Below are positions 45,567 through 54,838 of a stretch of DNA of 64,000 nucleotides, piece by piece. Position 1 is the first letter of the stretch, and each line of letters opens with the position of its first letter. Position numbers and translations under genes: made by a program. This DNA is from a virus: the IMG/VR virus record IMGVR_UViG_3300028563_000014, positions 1 to 64,000 of that record; one strand, given 5' to 3'. Under the pieces are notes generated by a model. It was not told the origin of the DNA. It was given only the letters and a program-made list of their open reading frames with translations, and made no database searches.

Positions 45567-47255
45567 TTAACCGACGGCCGCCGCGGTCGCAGACGGGATG
45601 ATCACCGTCTCGCCGATCTGGGTGTTGAACACGATGTAATCCATCGACGGCAGGAGCCGCACGTAGGTGATGATCACGAAGATCCCGAGCGCCGTCAGCT
45701 GGTCGGTGTTGCCGCTCGACGGGTCCAGGTAGTAGTCGACGATGCGCTGGGCCGCCGGGACGTTCGGGCTCTTCAGCCCCTCCAGGAACGCCTCCGCTGC
45801 GGCGACGAAAGCGTCTACGCGCTCCGTGGTCCCGGGGAGCTTCTGGTAGGGCGCGGCCACCTCCGCCAGCGTGTCCTGGATCAGGTCCGCCATCCGGCGG
45901 CGCTTGATCGGCGTCCGCGTCGGGTAGACCGCCGAGTTGGCCGCGGTCACGCCCTGCATCCACTGCCAGCCGGTCGCCCGATCGTTGTAGAGCACGCAGA
46001 CGCCCGCCGCGATCAGGTTCGCGTAGTCCTGCTTCGCCAGCGGGGAAGTCACGAAGGCGTCCTCGACCTGGACGATGTCCGTCATGTACTCGTTGGCCAC
46101 GCCCGGGTTGATCTCCTCGGACAGGTTCGAGAGCAGGCCCGCCATCCAGCTGGTCGCGTCGATCGAGACCGCGATGTTGCCGAGGTCGACCGATTTGATC
46201 TTGGCCTTCGGGAACGTGACGATCACCCGGTCGGCCGGCTGGGCGTACCCGTCCGCCGCCGCCAGACCGATCGCCGCCGCCTTCGCCGTGGCCGCTGCCG
46301 CCGCCGTGTTCGCGGTGGCCGGGTCGGCGCCGACGATCACGATGCGGCCTCGCCCCATCTCGCTACAGGCCACCGCGTTCGCCGCCAGCGCCTGGCGGAT
46401 GGCCTGGGTGCGCCGCGCTGCCCAGAGGACGACGATGGCGCTGGTGACGTCGGACCCGGGCTGGGTCTTCCCGATCGCCGCCACGTACTGAGCCTCGAGG
46501 CGCGCTGCCAGCGTGGTCCCGGTCCCCTGGGGCCAGAGCGTCGTCGCGTTGTTGACCGCGGAGATCGTGGTCGTCGCGGCGACGTTGTCGATGGCCGGGT
46601 CGAGCACGTTGACGATGGCGGCGACGGCCGTGGCCACCACCGGCTCGACCACCCGGATCGGAAAGCACGGGATCGTGAGCGTCAGCGCGTTGGACGTCAC
46701 CAGGGTCCCGATCGGGACGACCGTGTCGCCGGATGCCGCGTAGACCGCGGTCGCGCTCCCGAAGGCCGCGTTGTTGGCGAAGCGCGTGCCCGCCTTCACC
46801 ACGATCACCTTGTTCGTTTTGCTGGAGACGTCCTGGTCGGCCGCGGCTACCGTCACCGTGACGGTCAGGGCTCCCTTGGTCGTGCCCTGGTCGGTCGTAA
46901 CCGCTTCGTGGTCGACACGGACGATCGCCAGCCGGCGGAAGGTCCGCCCGAGCAGCATCAGGTTGCCGTTGCCGTTGTACTTCCCGGACCCGCCCTGGCT
47001 GCCGTCCTGGATGTCAGCGGCCGACTGGCTGAAGTACGGGTACACCTTGGGCCCGTAGAGCGCCTGGGCCTCGCCCCCGCTGCCGACCTCGGTCGGGTCG
47101 AAGGGGCCGGACACGAACTCGCCGATCATGCAGGCCGAGCCGGGCGACGTCCCGAGCGTGACGGCCGGGCCGGTCTGGTCGACGATCACGATCTGCGGGA
47201 CCGCCGTGATCTCGGCCAGCGACGGCATCTGGTTCCGGCGCAAGAAGAATGCCAT
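45567..47255 (-). CDS. contractile tail sheath protein
   Basis: IGEFVSGPFDP, RRRMADLIQD, VRLLPSMDYIV. Confidence 0.85.
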   Translation of the reverse strand: MAFFLRRNQMPSLAEITAVPQIVIVDQTGPAVTLGTSPGSACMIGEFVSGPFDPTEVGSGGEAQALYGPKVYPYFSQSAADIQDGSQGGSGKYNGNGNLMLLGRTFRRLAIVRVDHEAVTTDQGTTKGALTVTVTVAAADQDVSSKTNKVIVVKAGTRFANNAAFGSATAVYAASGDTVVPIGTLVTSNALTLTIPCFPIRVVEPVVATAVAAIVNVLDPAIDNVAATTTISAVNNATTLWPQGTGTTLAARLEAQYVAAIGKTQPGSDVTSAIVVLWAARRTQAIRQALAANAVACSEMGRGRIVIVGADPATANTAAAAATAKAAAIGLAAADGYAQPADRVIVTFPKAKIKSVDLGNIAVSIDATSWMAGLLSNLSEEINPGVANEYMTDIVQVEDAFVTSPLAKQDYANLIAAGVCVLYNDRATGWQWMQGVTAANSAVYPTRTPIKRRRMADLIQDTLAEVAAPYQKLPGTTERVDAFVAAAEAFLEGLKSPNVPAAQRIVDYYLDPSSGNTDQLTALGIFVIITYVRLLPSMDYIVFNTQIGETVIIPSATAAAVG

Positions 47256-47309
47256 CTAGGCGGCCCTCACCTTCATGCGGACCATGCTGCGGCCGCGCGT
47301 GCCCGGAGG

Positions 47310-47969
47310 TCAAGAATCGGTGGGACGCGGGATCGGGCCCTCGCAGACCTTCATGACCGTCTTCAGCGTGAACGGCGCCACCGGCCCCAGCATCACGTGC
47401 TTCGCCTCAGCCCGGACGACGAACGTCGCCTCGTTCTGGTTCCGCGCGGCCGTGTCCTGGTCGTCGTGCTTCTGGCTGGACAGGAACGTCAGCCGGCACG
47501 GGATACCGAAGTACCCGGGCATTGGGACGAAGACGCCGTTGCGCGCCCCCCGGCGCCACATGAGCAGGCGCGGGTCCTGGAACGTCGTCTCGATGCCCGC
47601 CAGCAGCGCCTGGCGCTCCGCGGACGTCGGCGCTCGGACCACCACCTCGACGTCCCTGGTGGCCTCCTGGAGCTCGTAGAGCCCGAACCCGAGCTGCCCC
47701 TGCGGCTCCCAGGTCTCCTCGAGCAGCCGCGGGGTCGGGTGGGACGGCCCGTAGACCAGGGGCGGGTCCGGCAGGATGCACCCGGAGGGCCGCTCGAACT
47801 CGTCGTTGAACGTCGGCCAGTCCGTGAACACCCGCTTCAGCTGGATCGTCCCCTGCCCGCCCGGGCCCGGCCAAGCGCAGGCGGTCAGCCGATCGGCGAT
47901 GGCCTGGGACATGGCCGTCGTCAGGTCGACGGTCTGCTTCCGGCTGTAGTCCTCGCGGCTGAACGCCAT
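47310..47969 (-). CDS. tail terminator/completion protein
   Basis: Synteny, directly upstream of sheath. Confidence 0.55.
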   Translation of the reverse strand: MAFSREDYSRKQTVDLTTAMSQAIADRLTACAWPGPGGQGTIQLKRVFTDWPTFNDEFERPSGCILPDPPLVYGPSHPTPRLLEETWEPQGQLGFGLYELQEATRDVEVVVRAPTSAERQALLAGIETTFQDPRLLMWRRGARNGVFVPMPGYFGIPCRLTFLSSQKHDDQDTAARNQNEATFVVRAEAKHVMLGPVAPFTLKTVMKVCEGPIPRPTDS

Positions 47970-47978
47970 GCGATTAGC

Positions 47979-48482
47979 TTACTCGCCGGCGCCCGCGCGC
48001 CCCAACCTTCGCTCCAGCGCCTGGCGGACGATCGGCTCCAGGCGCCGCGACGCCAGCTGCAGGACGTGCCGCGCCGGCAGGCCGCGCCGCTTGATGGCGC
48101 GGGCGATCAGGAACGCCGCCTGGCGGATCTCCGCCTCCGCTGCCCGCCCGCTCCCGCGCACCAGCTTCTTCCTGCGCACCCAGTCGGCGATCACAGCTAT
48201 CGGCGGCGCCTTCGCTCCGGGCCGGCGCCCCTCCTCGATGATCGCCCCGTGCTTCGAGTAGTTGTAGATCACCGCCCCGTGCGGGATGTCCTCGAACTTC
48301 CAGGACCGGCGGTAGATCGTCCGGTCAACCGGAGGCGGAGAAATGCTTGCGATCTCCTCCTGCACCAGACGCGGCCCGTGGAGCTTCACCGTCCGCCGGA
48401 TCTCCGCTACCGCGTCCTCCACCACCATCCCCTCCTGGCGCCGGAAGTCGCGCGCCAGGTCCGAGAACGAGACCACCTTCAC
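47979..48482 (-). CDS. HK97 gp10-like tail completion protein
   Basis: PVDRTIYRRSW, AIIEEGRRPG, IARAIKRRGLPARH. Confidence 0.7.
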   Translation of the reverse strand: MKVVSFSDLARDFRRQEGMVVEDAVAEIRRTVKLHGPRLVQEEIASISPPPVDRTIYRRSWKFEDIPHGAVIYNYSKHGAIIEEGRRPGAKAPPIAVIADWVRRKKLVRGSGRAAEAEIRQAAFLIARAIKRRGLPARHVLQLASRRLEPIVRQALERRLGRAGAGE

Positions 48483-49081
48483 GGCGTCTCTTCGTAGCGC
48501 CCGGCGTCGTAGTCCTGCTTCGTGAGCGTCACCCGCCACGACATGCCGTCGCGCGACAGGACCGGCACCTTGGACGGCGGACTGAAGCGCCGCACCGGAG
48601 GCGGCGGCGTGCTCGGCCGCAGTTCCCGGATCTCCCAGAAGAACTCCACGTTGCGCTTCGAGGTGCGCGGGAGCAGCGGGTCCCGCAGGTCCGGCGTCCG
48701 CCCGGTCAGGTCGTCCTCCGGGATGCGCGCGCTGATCTGGTCGATCACCACGTCGCCCTCCTCCGTCAGCCCGGTGGAGTGGACGTTCCGGTTGACGCTG
48801 TCGATGTCTCGCACGCGCGGCGGGGGCAAGATCTCCCGCCGCGACGTGACCCGCGCCAGCCCCTCCCCAACCTGGTTCCCTGTCCACACGGCGTGGACCA
48901 GGAACACCCGGTAGGGCCGCAGCCCGAGCTCGGCTGCGATCCCACGGACGCTGTCGACCACGCCCACCAGGTCGAACCCCAGCGTCGCCGGCGCCGCGTA
49001 CGGCTCCGGCCCGCGGAGATCCCCGGCCAGCTCGGGGATGTCCGCCGCCGGGGTCCCCGACTGGACGCGGTCGTCGGCCAC
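48479..49081 (-). CDS. head closure/head-tail adaptor
   Basis: Synteny; beta-rich. Confidence 0.5.
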   Translation of the reverse strand: MADDRVQSGTPAADIPELAGDLRGPEPYAAPATLGFDLVGVVDSVRGIAAELGLRPYRVFLVHAVWTGNQVGEGLARVTSRREILPPPRVRDIDSVNRNVHSTGLTEEGDVVIDQISARIPEDDLTGRTPDLRDPLLPRTSKRNVEFFWEIRELRPSTPPPPVRRFSPPSKVPVLSRDGMSWRVTLTKQDYDAGRYEETP

Positions 49082-49084
49082 GCC

Positions 49085-49579
49085 TTAGCCCGGGAGCGCC
49101 GCCGACGGATCCAGGATCGGAGACCAGCGGATCAGCAGCCAGGTGCTCACGTTCAGCGTGGTCGGGAGGTACCCGCTATTGGTCGTGTGCTTCACGCCCA
49201 GGCTGTCGCCCTTGTAGAAGGCCACCGGCTTGACGAAGTCCTGCGTCCCCTTGAGCGCCGCCGCGAAGTTCACGTTGTCGCCCACGATGGTCCCGGCGAT
49301 CGTCGCGTTAACGACGCCCGTGCCAGCAGTCACCGCGGCGGAGGTCTGCCAGACGAGGCCGATGATGTGCCCGGCGCGCCCAGCTACGACCGCGTTCGGA
49401 GCGGCAGCGTCCACGGCCTGGAAGGTCTCCGCGACCCCGGCCTGGCTGGCAGCGAGGGCGGCGACCCGGAAGGCCCCGACCTGGTCGAAGCGCGCGTTTG
49501 GCGTCTCGATCGCCGCCGCGTTGCTCACAAGGGTCCGGGTCTTCCCCTGGCCCAGATCCGTTACCTCGTAATTGTTCAT
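49085..49579 (-). CDS. putative structural protein
   Basis: GGGAG SD; beta-rich 164 aa. Confidence 0.55.
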   Translation of the reverse strand: MNNYEVTDLGQGKTRTLVSNAAAIETPNARFDQVGAFRVAALAASQAGVAETFQAVDAAAPNAVVAGRAGHIIGLVWQTSAAVTAGTGVVNATIAGTIVGDNVNFAAALKGTQDFVKPVAFYKGDSLGVKHTTNSGYLPTTLNVSTWLLIRWSPILDPSAALPG

Positions 49580-49613
49580 GCTCTGCGTCTCCCTCGTGTT
49601 GGCTGTTCTCGGT

Positions 49614-50042
49614 TCAGGACCACGTCACGGGCCGCGCCATACTGCTGCGACCGGCCCCCGGCAGGTCCTGTGCGTACGGGTTGGGCACCACGCCCAGGAC
49701 GTTCGCCAGGCGGTTCACCCAGCGCGTCCGCTCGCGCTCCAGGTCGTCGCCCGCCGTCGGGTTCAGCTTGATGCTGTCAACCTGGCTCACCCGCACCTGC
49801 CCCAGGACCTCGGTCAGCCGGGCGTCGATGGCGTCCAGTCGGCCGAGCAGCATCCGGACGATCCCCGCTGCCGACACCGGCGTGTGCTCCAGCACCGAGT
49901 CCACCATGAAGGACGTCTGCGTCGCCGCCGGCACGCCCAGCGAGATGGACTGCGCCAGCTGGAGCACCTGGTAGCCCAGGTGGTACTTGATGCGCGTCTT
50001 CTCCTCCTGGGAGAAGACGACGCTCGGCTCGGCGTTGGACAC
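49614..50042 (-). CDS. head-tail connector protein
   Basis: EKTRIKYHLGY...RLANVLGV; synteny. Confidence 0.6.
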   Translation of the reverse strand: MSNAEPSVVFSQEEKTRIKYHLGYQVLQLAQSISLGVPAATQTSFMVDSVLEHTPVSAAGIVRMLLGRLDAIDARLTEVLGQVRVSQVDSIKLNPTAGDDLERERTRWVNRLANVLGVVPNPYAQDLPGAGRSSMARPVTWS

Positions 50043-50097
50043 GACAGGGAGACGGTAACAGGTACCGCCCCCCGCTGTGAAAGATCGGCCGGGTGCC

Positions 50098-50454
50098 CTA
50101 CCCCTGAGCGCTCGTGAACCAGCCCGGCGGGTCGCACCGCTCCAGGCCGATCCCCGCGTTCCTCAGCTTCTCGAAGTCGTAGGCGCCGGCCCGCAGGGTC
50201 TCCCCGCCGGGGATCGTCATCACCCCGCCCTTGCGCGCGACGTCGCCCCCCTTCGTCACGCGGGCCCACTCCCAGCCCCGGACGTCGTCCGGCGCGAACG
50301 CCACCGCCGGCTCGTCGCTCTCCCCGGGCCCGGCGGGGAGCGTCGTCTGCGCTCTCGCGGGCGCCTTGGCGCCAGCCGCCGGCTTCGGACCGGGCTTGGA
50401 ACCCGGCCCCACGCCGAGAGGGGAAGTGTTCACCTGGGTGTTCTCGTCGGACAT
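50098..50454 (-). CDS. hypothetical protein
   Basis: GAGGAGG SD. Confidence 0.65.
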   Translation of the reverse strand: MSDENTQVNTSPLGVGPGSKPGPKPAAGAKAPARAQTTLPAGPGESDEPAVAFAPDDVRGWEWARVTKGGDVARKGGVMTIPGGETLRAGAYDFEKLRNAGIGLERCDPPGWFTSAQG

Positions 50455-50468
50455 GGGCGCCTCCTCAG

Positions 50469-50671
50469 AAAAAAACCGCAGGCTGCAGCGAGAGAAATGG
50501 GAGCACAGGACCGAAGTCCCAGCCCCCCCGGCCAATACGTGGGCCGTACACGAGGTCTCGCTGCCGACCCGCGGATCCCGACGGCTCACCGGTTGAGGCC
50601 GAAGCCTGCCGTTTCTCGCCGTCAGGAAATCCCGGGCACCGCACCGCGCGGCGCCTCTTGTTCTCGTTCAC
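50469..50671 (-). ncRNA. candidate ~200-nt structured RNA
   Basis: Own promoter 50679-50708, two C(UUCG)G hairpins, long-range stems, ends in U7. Confidence 0.6.
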
Positions 50672-50798
50672 GCCTCTCAGCTTGCAGCCGGGCGGCCCCG
50701 CCGGTCAAGGGGGCCAGTCCTCGAGGTCCAGCCGGCACCTGGTGCAGCAGCGCAGAAGAGGCGGCAGCAGCACCAGGCACCGGAAGCAACTGGACAGG

Positions 50799-51290
50799 CT
50801 AGGGCGTGGTCGACGGCGCGCCCGAGGCGGCGGGCGTCGCGCTGGTATCGCTGGTGGGGGCCGTGGTCCCGGTGCTGGCGGGCGGGGCGGCGGGGGTGTT
50901 CGCCACGACCGCGGTCGTCAGGTCCGACTTCTTGGCTGCCAGCGCGGCGGAAGCGGCCTTGATCTTCGCGCCCAGCGCTTGGATCGTCGCGCTGTCGGCG
51001 CCGGCAGCGGCGGTCACCTCGGAACCCGCGCTGTCCAGCAGCGCGACGGCGGCGTCGATGGTGGTGCTCAGACCCTCTTCCGCAGAGGTCAGGTCGGTGA
51101 CCTCCGCGGTAAGGGTGTCGAGATCCTGGGTTACCTGGTCGAGTGCGTTGGACATGGCGGCTTCTCCCTTTGCGATCGGTTCGAGCAGCGCCAGGGCCCG
51201 CCGCATCATCGCGGCCAGGTCGTCTACCTTGCGCTCGATCCGCTGCATCCTCGAAGGCATCTCCAGCGCGAGGTCGACGGCGTTGCTCAT
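50799..51290 (-). CDS. coiled-coil protein with a possible second in-frame start at 51155
   Basis: Heptads; promoter-defined ATG 51290 and SD-led ATG 51155. Confidence 0.6.
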   Translation of the reverse strand: MSNAVDLALEMPSRMQRIERKVDDLAAMMRRALALLEPIAKGEAAMSNALDQVTQDLDTLTAEVTDLTSAEEGLSTTIDAAVALLDSAGSEVTAAAGADSATIQALGAKIKAASAALAAKKSDLTTAVVANTPAAPPASTGTTAPTSDTSATPAASGAPSTTP

Positions 51291-51330
51291 GCCGCCGACG
51301 ATGCGGCGACGGGGACAGCGGCGTCAAGCG

Positions 51331-51374
51331 GAAAAGAGAAAGGGCCGGGGAGGTTTCCCTCCGCCGGCCCTTTC
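51331..51374 (-). terminator. intrinsic terminator after the major capsid gene
   Basis: GAAAGGGCCGGCGGAGG-GAAA-CCTCCCCGGCCCTTTC followed by TCTTTT. Confidence 0.8.
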
Positions 51375-51477
51375 GGGCGTCATCCGCGTTGCCTCAATTT
51401 TTCCCCCCGGCCTCTTTGGCCGCGACGGTCCTGCGGAGGTCGCGTTACCCCGCTACAGCGGGGGCGCCTTCAAAGCC

Positions 51478-52860
51478 TTACTCGCCGTGGCAGATCACGA
51501 CCGCGCGCTTGTAGCTGGCGGGGCTGGACGTGGCCAGCTCGTCCGTCGGGATCGGCCAGTCGCCCGAGATGCTCCAGGTCGACGCCGTCAGCTGCTGCAG
51601 GCGGTCCTGGGGCGCGCGGAGGATGAGCCGGATCCGCTCGGTCATGACCTGGACGCCGCCGTTCACCACGGCGAACTCCCCGATCTTGCCCATCACGCCG
51701 GCCTCGGAGATGTACTTGCTCTCGTCGAGGTACTTCTCCTCGATCCAACCCTGGCCCGTCATGATCGGCCGGTGGACGTTCACGCCCGCGGCGTTCACCG
51801 TCTCGAACCCGTGCGTCGCGCCGGTCTGCGCGTCCGGGTCGCACGTAGTCACGTAGGGCGCCTCGTTGTTCCGGTAGAACGCGCAGTTCAGCAGGTAGCC
51901 GGCTGCGAACTGCCGGTAGTGGACGCCGTCCGGCATCGATGTATTCAGCACCCGGAACTCGTTGTCGGAGAAGATCTGCGACTCCGAGGTCGGGTCCAGG
52001 TGGACGTGGAACGAGCCGTCCTCGTGGGTCGGGACGTTGTTGAAGCGCATCTGAGCCACCGCCGAACGGATGTCCGCCAGGGTCAGCAGGTCGCTGCTCG
52101 AGATGTCGTCCACGCCCGCGCCGCCGCCGCTGTAGACCACGACGGAGCGCTTCGTCGACAGGACGGGCGAGCGCGCCGGCACGTTGCCGGAGAGCGCCGG
52201 GGTGATGGTCAGCGTGCCCGCGTGGATCTCCGCGAACGGGTCGTTCGCGTTGTCCGGGGTGAACGCCGTCACCTGGCCGACGTACGTCCCACCCACCTGG
52301 TTCGGGATCGTGATGTTGATCGGGTTGGACGAGGAGACCAGCGCCGGGCGGCCGTTGAACAGCGCGCGGGTGAACCCGGTCAGGTTCGCCACGTGGATCG
52401 AGGTCGCCGCGCTGTTCGCCAGCGTGTCCACCATGCCGTTGCCCGAGATGTAGGCGTTGTAGCCCTTGTCGCGGACGACGCGGTTGATGGACTGGCCGGA
52501 GTGCATGCCCAGCGCCTGCATGTTCGACAGATACTGGTTCGCCAGCGTCACGTAGCTGGTCGGCATGTGGGTATCGACCGTGTCCGACCACTGCGCCGCG
52601 GTGGCCTCCCACTGCTCGACGCCGACCGTCTTCGGCACCGGGTCCAGGCCGGGAGAGATCGGCCGAGTGGTGGGCTTGATCAGGCCGCGCCGGGTGAACG
52701 TCATGTTCGCGCCCAGGTTCACGGCCCACAGCTCGGGCACCGCTTCCATGCGGTACAGCAGGCGGGGGAACAGGGCGTCGCGGAAGGTCCGCTGCAGCGT
52801 GCGGTCCTGGATGCTCGAGACGACGCTGGGGTTGAACGCGACGCTGATTTGATCGGCCAT
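51478..52860 (-). CDS. major capsid protein
   Basis: 460 aa after scaffold; strong promoter, AAGGAG SD and downstream terminator; LTLADIRSAVAQMRFNNVP...FHVHLDP. Confidence 0.88.
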   Translation of the reverse strand: MADQISVAFNPSVVSSIQDRTLQRTFRDALFPRLLYRMEAVPELWAVNLGANMTFTRRGLIKPTTRPISPGLDPVPKTVGVEQWEATAAQWSDTVDTHMPTSYVTLANQYLSNMQALGMHSGQSINRVVRDKGYNAYISGNGMVDTLANSAATSIHVANLTGFTRALFNGRPALVSSSNPINITIPNQVGGTYVGQVTAFTPDNANDPFAEIHAGTLTITPALSGNVPARSPVLSTKRSVVVYSGGGAGVDDISSSDLLTLADIRSAVAQMRFNNVPTHEDGSFHVHLDPTSESQIFSDNEFRVLNTSMPDGVHYRQFAAGYLLNCAFYRNNEAPYVTTCDPDAQTGATHGFETVNAAGVNVHRPIMTGQGWIEEKYLDESKYISEAGVMGKIGEFAVVNGGVQVMTERIRLILRAPQDRLQQLTASTWSISGDWPIPTDELATSSPASYKRAVVICHGE

Positions 52861-52945
52861 GTGCTCTTATCTCCTTGGTCCGCAACTGTGCAGTGGCGCC
52901 GCGACGGCCGTCAAGAATCGGCGGCCGTCGCCACGGCCCGAGAGA

Positions 52946-53818
52946 TCAACTCCCGGTGAACTGGTACTTCCGACCCCGGTACTCCTTGAACTCTTCTTCG
53001 GTCATGTCGTCGACGGACTTGTCCGCCGGCGGGGTCACCTTCGTCTTCGCGTCGGGCGTCCCGCCGCCCGGGGTCGCGCTCTCCGGCGCCGCCGTCGCAC
53101 CCGCCACCGGGACCGTCGTCGTTGGCTTCGGGGTCGCCGCGCCCGCGAACAGGTGCGGCCGCTTCGCCCGCAGCCCGGTGAAAAACGCCTCGGGCTCCGG
53201 GAGAGGCTGACCCTCCGGGACGGTCGCGCAGGTCCGGCGGAGCAGGTCCAGCACGTAGTCCGTCTCCTCTGCCAGAACCCCCGCCACCAGCGCCTTCCCG
53301 CGCATGCGCTCCTCGAAGACCTCGTCCCGGGCCTTCGCCCTCACCGACTGCAAGCGCCGCTTCTTCCGCTCGACGACGTCCTTCAGCCGCTTGATCTCGC
53401 GCTCCTGGCGCTCCTCGGCCTTCGACTTCCCAGTCGTCGCCGCGCTCGCCGCTGGTGTTCCGCCGCTGGCTGCTGCCGCTGCCGCCGCGGTCGCTGCCTT
53501 CTCCCGGTCGGCGATGATCTTCTTCGCCTCCTCCAGGCCGACCCCGAGTTGCTCCGAGACCAGCTTCTCCGCGTCGCGCCGTACGCGCTTCCTGAACTCG
53601 GCCTCCGGGATGGTGATGACCGGGCGCTTCTGCCCGCCCCCGCCCTGCCCACCAGCCGCTGCCGCGGGAGCCGCTCCGCCCGCCGGGGCGCCCGCGCCAC
53701 CAGCTCCAGCGCCCGCCGCTGGGGTTCCGCCTGCGCCCGCCGCTCCGCCGCCCTCCGCGCCGGCTCCGCCGCCGGCTGCTCCGCCTTCTCCGCTTCCCTT
53801 GCCCTCTTCGTTCGCCAT
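52946..53818 (-). CDS. capsid scaffolding protein
   Basis: Gly/Ala-rich N-terminus, coiled coil, RPHLF, DDMTEEEFKEY C-terminus; precedes capsid gene. Confidence 0.8.
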   Translation of the reverse strand: MANEEGKGSGEGGAAGGGAGAEGGGAAGAGGTPAAGAGAGGAGAPAGGAAPAAAAGGQGGGGQKRPVITIPEAEFRKRVRRDAEKLVSEQLGVGLEEAKKIIADREKAATAAAAAAASGGTPAASAATTGKSKAEERQEREIKRLKDVVERKKRRLQSVRAKARDEVFEERMRGKALVAGVLAEETDYVLDLLRRTCATVPEGQPLPEPEAFFTGLRAKRPHLFAGAATPKPTTTVPVAGATAAPESATPGGGTPDAKTKVTPPADKSVDDMTEEEFKEYRGRKYQFTGS

Positions 53819-53954
53819 GTCGCTCTCCTCTTCGTGTCCTCGCCGGTTAACCGCCCGGTGGTGGCGTAGGGGGAGGAATGCCCCCGGTTACTGCTCTGCG
53901 TTGCTACAGGACGCGCGCGGAGCCCACCTGGAGCCCCGGCGCGCGTCCGCGAAA

Positions 53955-54365
53955 CTACTTGTCGAGCTGGCCCAGCAGGCAGCTCGCCGCCTGGGTCAGG
54001 TCGGCCTTGCTGTACACCAGGTCGCAGGTGGTGTTCGCATCGGCGGTGTTGAATAGGAGCTTCGAGCCGCCGTCCCAGATCACCTCGCCCGGGAGGGGCA
54101 CGAGCGCCCCGGTACCGGTGATGGCGCCCTGGCGCAGCTTCTTGGTGCCCGCCGTGCCGCCGATGCCGTTCACCTGGAACACCGCCACCGCCGCCTGCGC
54201 CATAGTGCAGACGTGGGACGTGATGGTGGCGCCGGTCTCCGTCTTGGCCAGGCCGGAGATGATCACCGACAGCAGCTCGCCGAAGCCCAGCAACCGCAGA
54301 GCGTCGGCGAGGCGGTTCAGGTTCGCTGAGTTGAGGGAATCTCGCTTCGTGGTCTCTGCGCTCAT
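53955..54365 (-). CDS. putative head decoration/structural protein
   Basis: Own promoter and AGGAG SD; head module. Confidence 0.55.
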   Translation of the reverse strand: MSAETTKRDSLNSANLNRLADALRLLGFGELLSVIISGLAKTETGATITSHVCTMAQAAVAVFQVNGIGGTAGTKKLRQGAITGTGALVPLPGEVIWDGGSKLLFNTADANTTCDLVYSKADLTQAASCLLGQLDK

Positions 54366-54442
54366 GGTCGTTGGTCTCCTACGAGGGGTTGCCTGTTCGC
54401 GGACCAGGATCGACCCGCGCGCGCGCCGCGGTCAAGATTCGC

Positions 54443-54832
54443 CTACGTCGTGTCGCCCGCCAGCACCAGCTCGTAGTCCCCATTCCCGACGATCCCGATG
54501 GCCGTGAACTCGTCCCCGCCGTTCGGGTTGTGCACGAAGATCTGGTCGCTGACCGGCATCTTCTGCACCGCGCCGCCGTTCACGGACGTCAGCAGCAGCA
54601 GCATCGGGGCCCACTGCGCTCGGAACCAGAGGAACCGCACCGCGGTCAGCCCCTGGAGCGGCACCGCGTACGGGCTCCCGATCGGCGCGTTCACCGACCC
54701 GCGGAAGGTGAACGCGCCCGAGTAAGCCGCGCATACCGCCAGCTGCCTGACCTCCTGCGCGGTCAGCCCGCACCCGGCCGCCGGGGAGAGCGACAGAACG
54801 CCCTGCAGCGAGACGAGCGCCGGCTGACCCAT
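54443..54832 (-). CDS. small beta-rich structural protein (paralog family A)
   Basis: Ends IVGNGDYELVLAGD. Confidence 0.6.
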   Translation of the reverse strand: MGQPALVSLQGVLSLSPAAGCGLTAQEVRQLAVCAAYSGAFTFRGSVNAPIGSPYAVPLQGLTAVRFLWFRAQWAPMLLLLTSVNGGAVQKMPVSDQIFVHNPNGGDEFTAIGIVGNGDYELVLAGDTT

Positions 54833-54838
54833 CGCGGG

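Noticed and set aside
33321-47969. Tailocin or extracellular contractile injection system
   Set aside because: Portal, scaffold, capsid, terminase domain and replication genes are linked, so this is a phage tail module
50726-50795. Hairpin after the coiled-coil gene as an intrinsic terminator
   Set aside because: The stem is real but has a large loop and no U-tract; at most a 3' stability or processing stem
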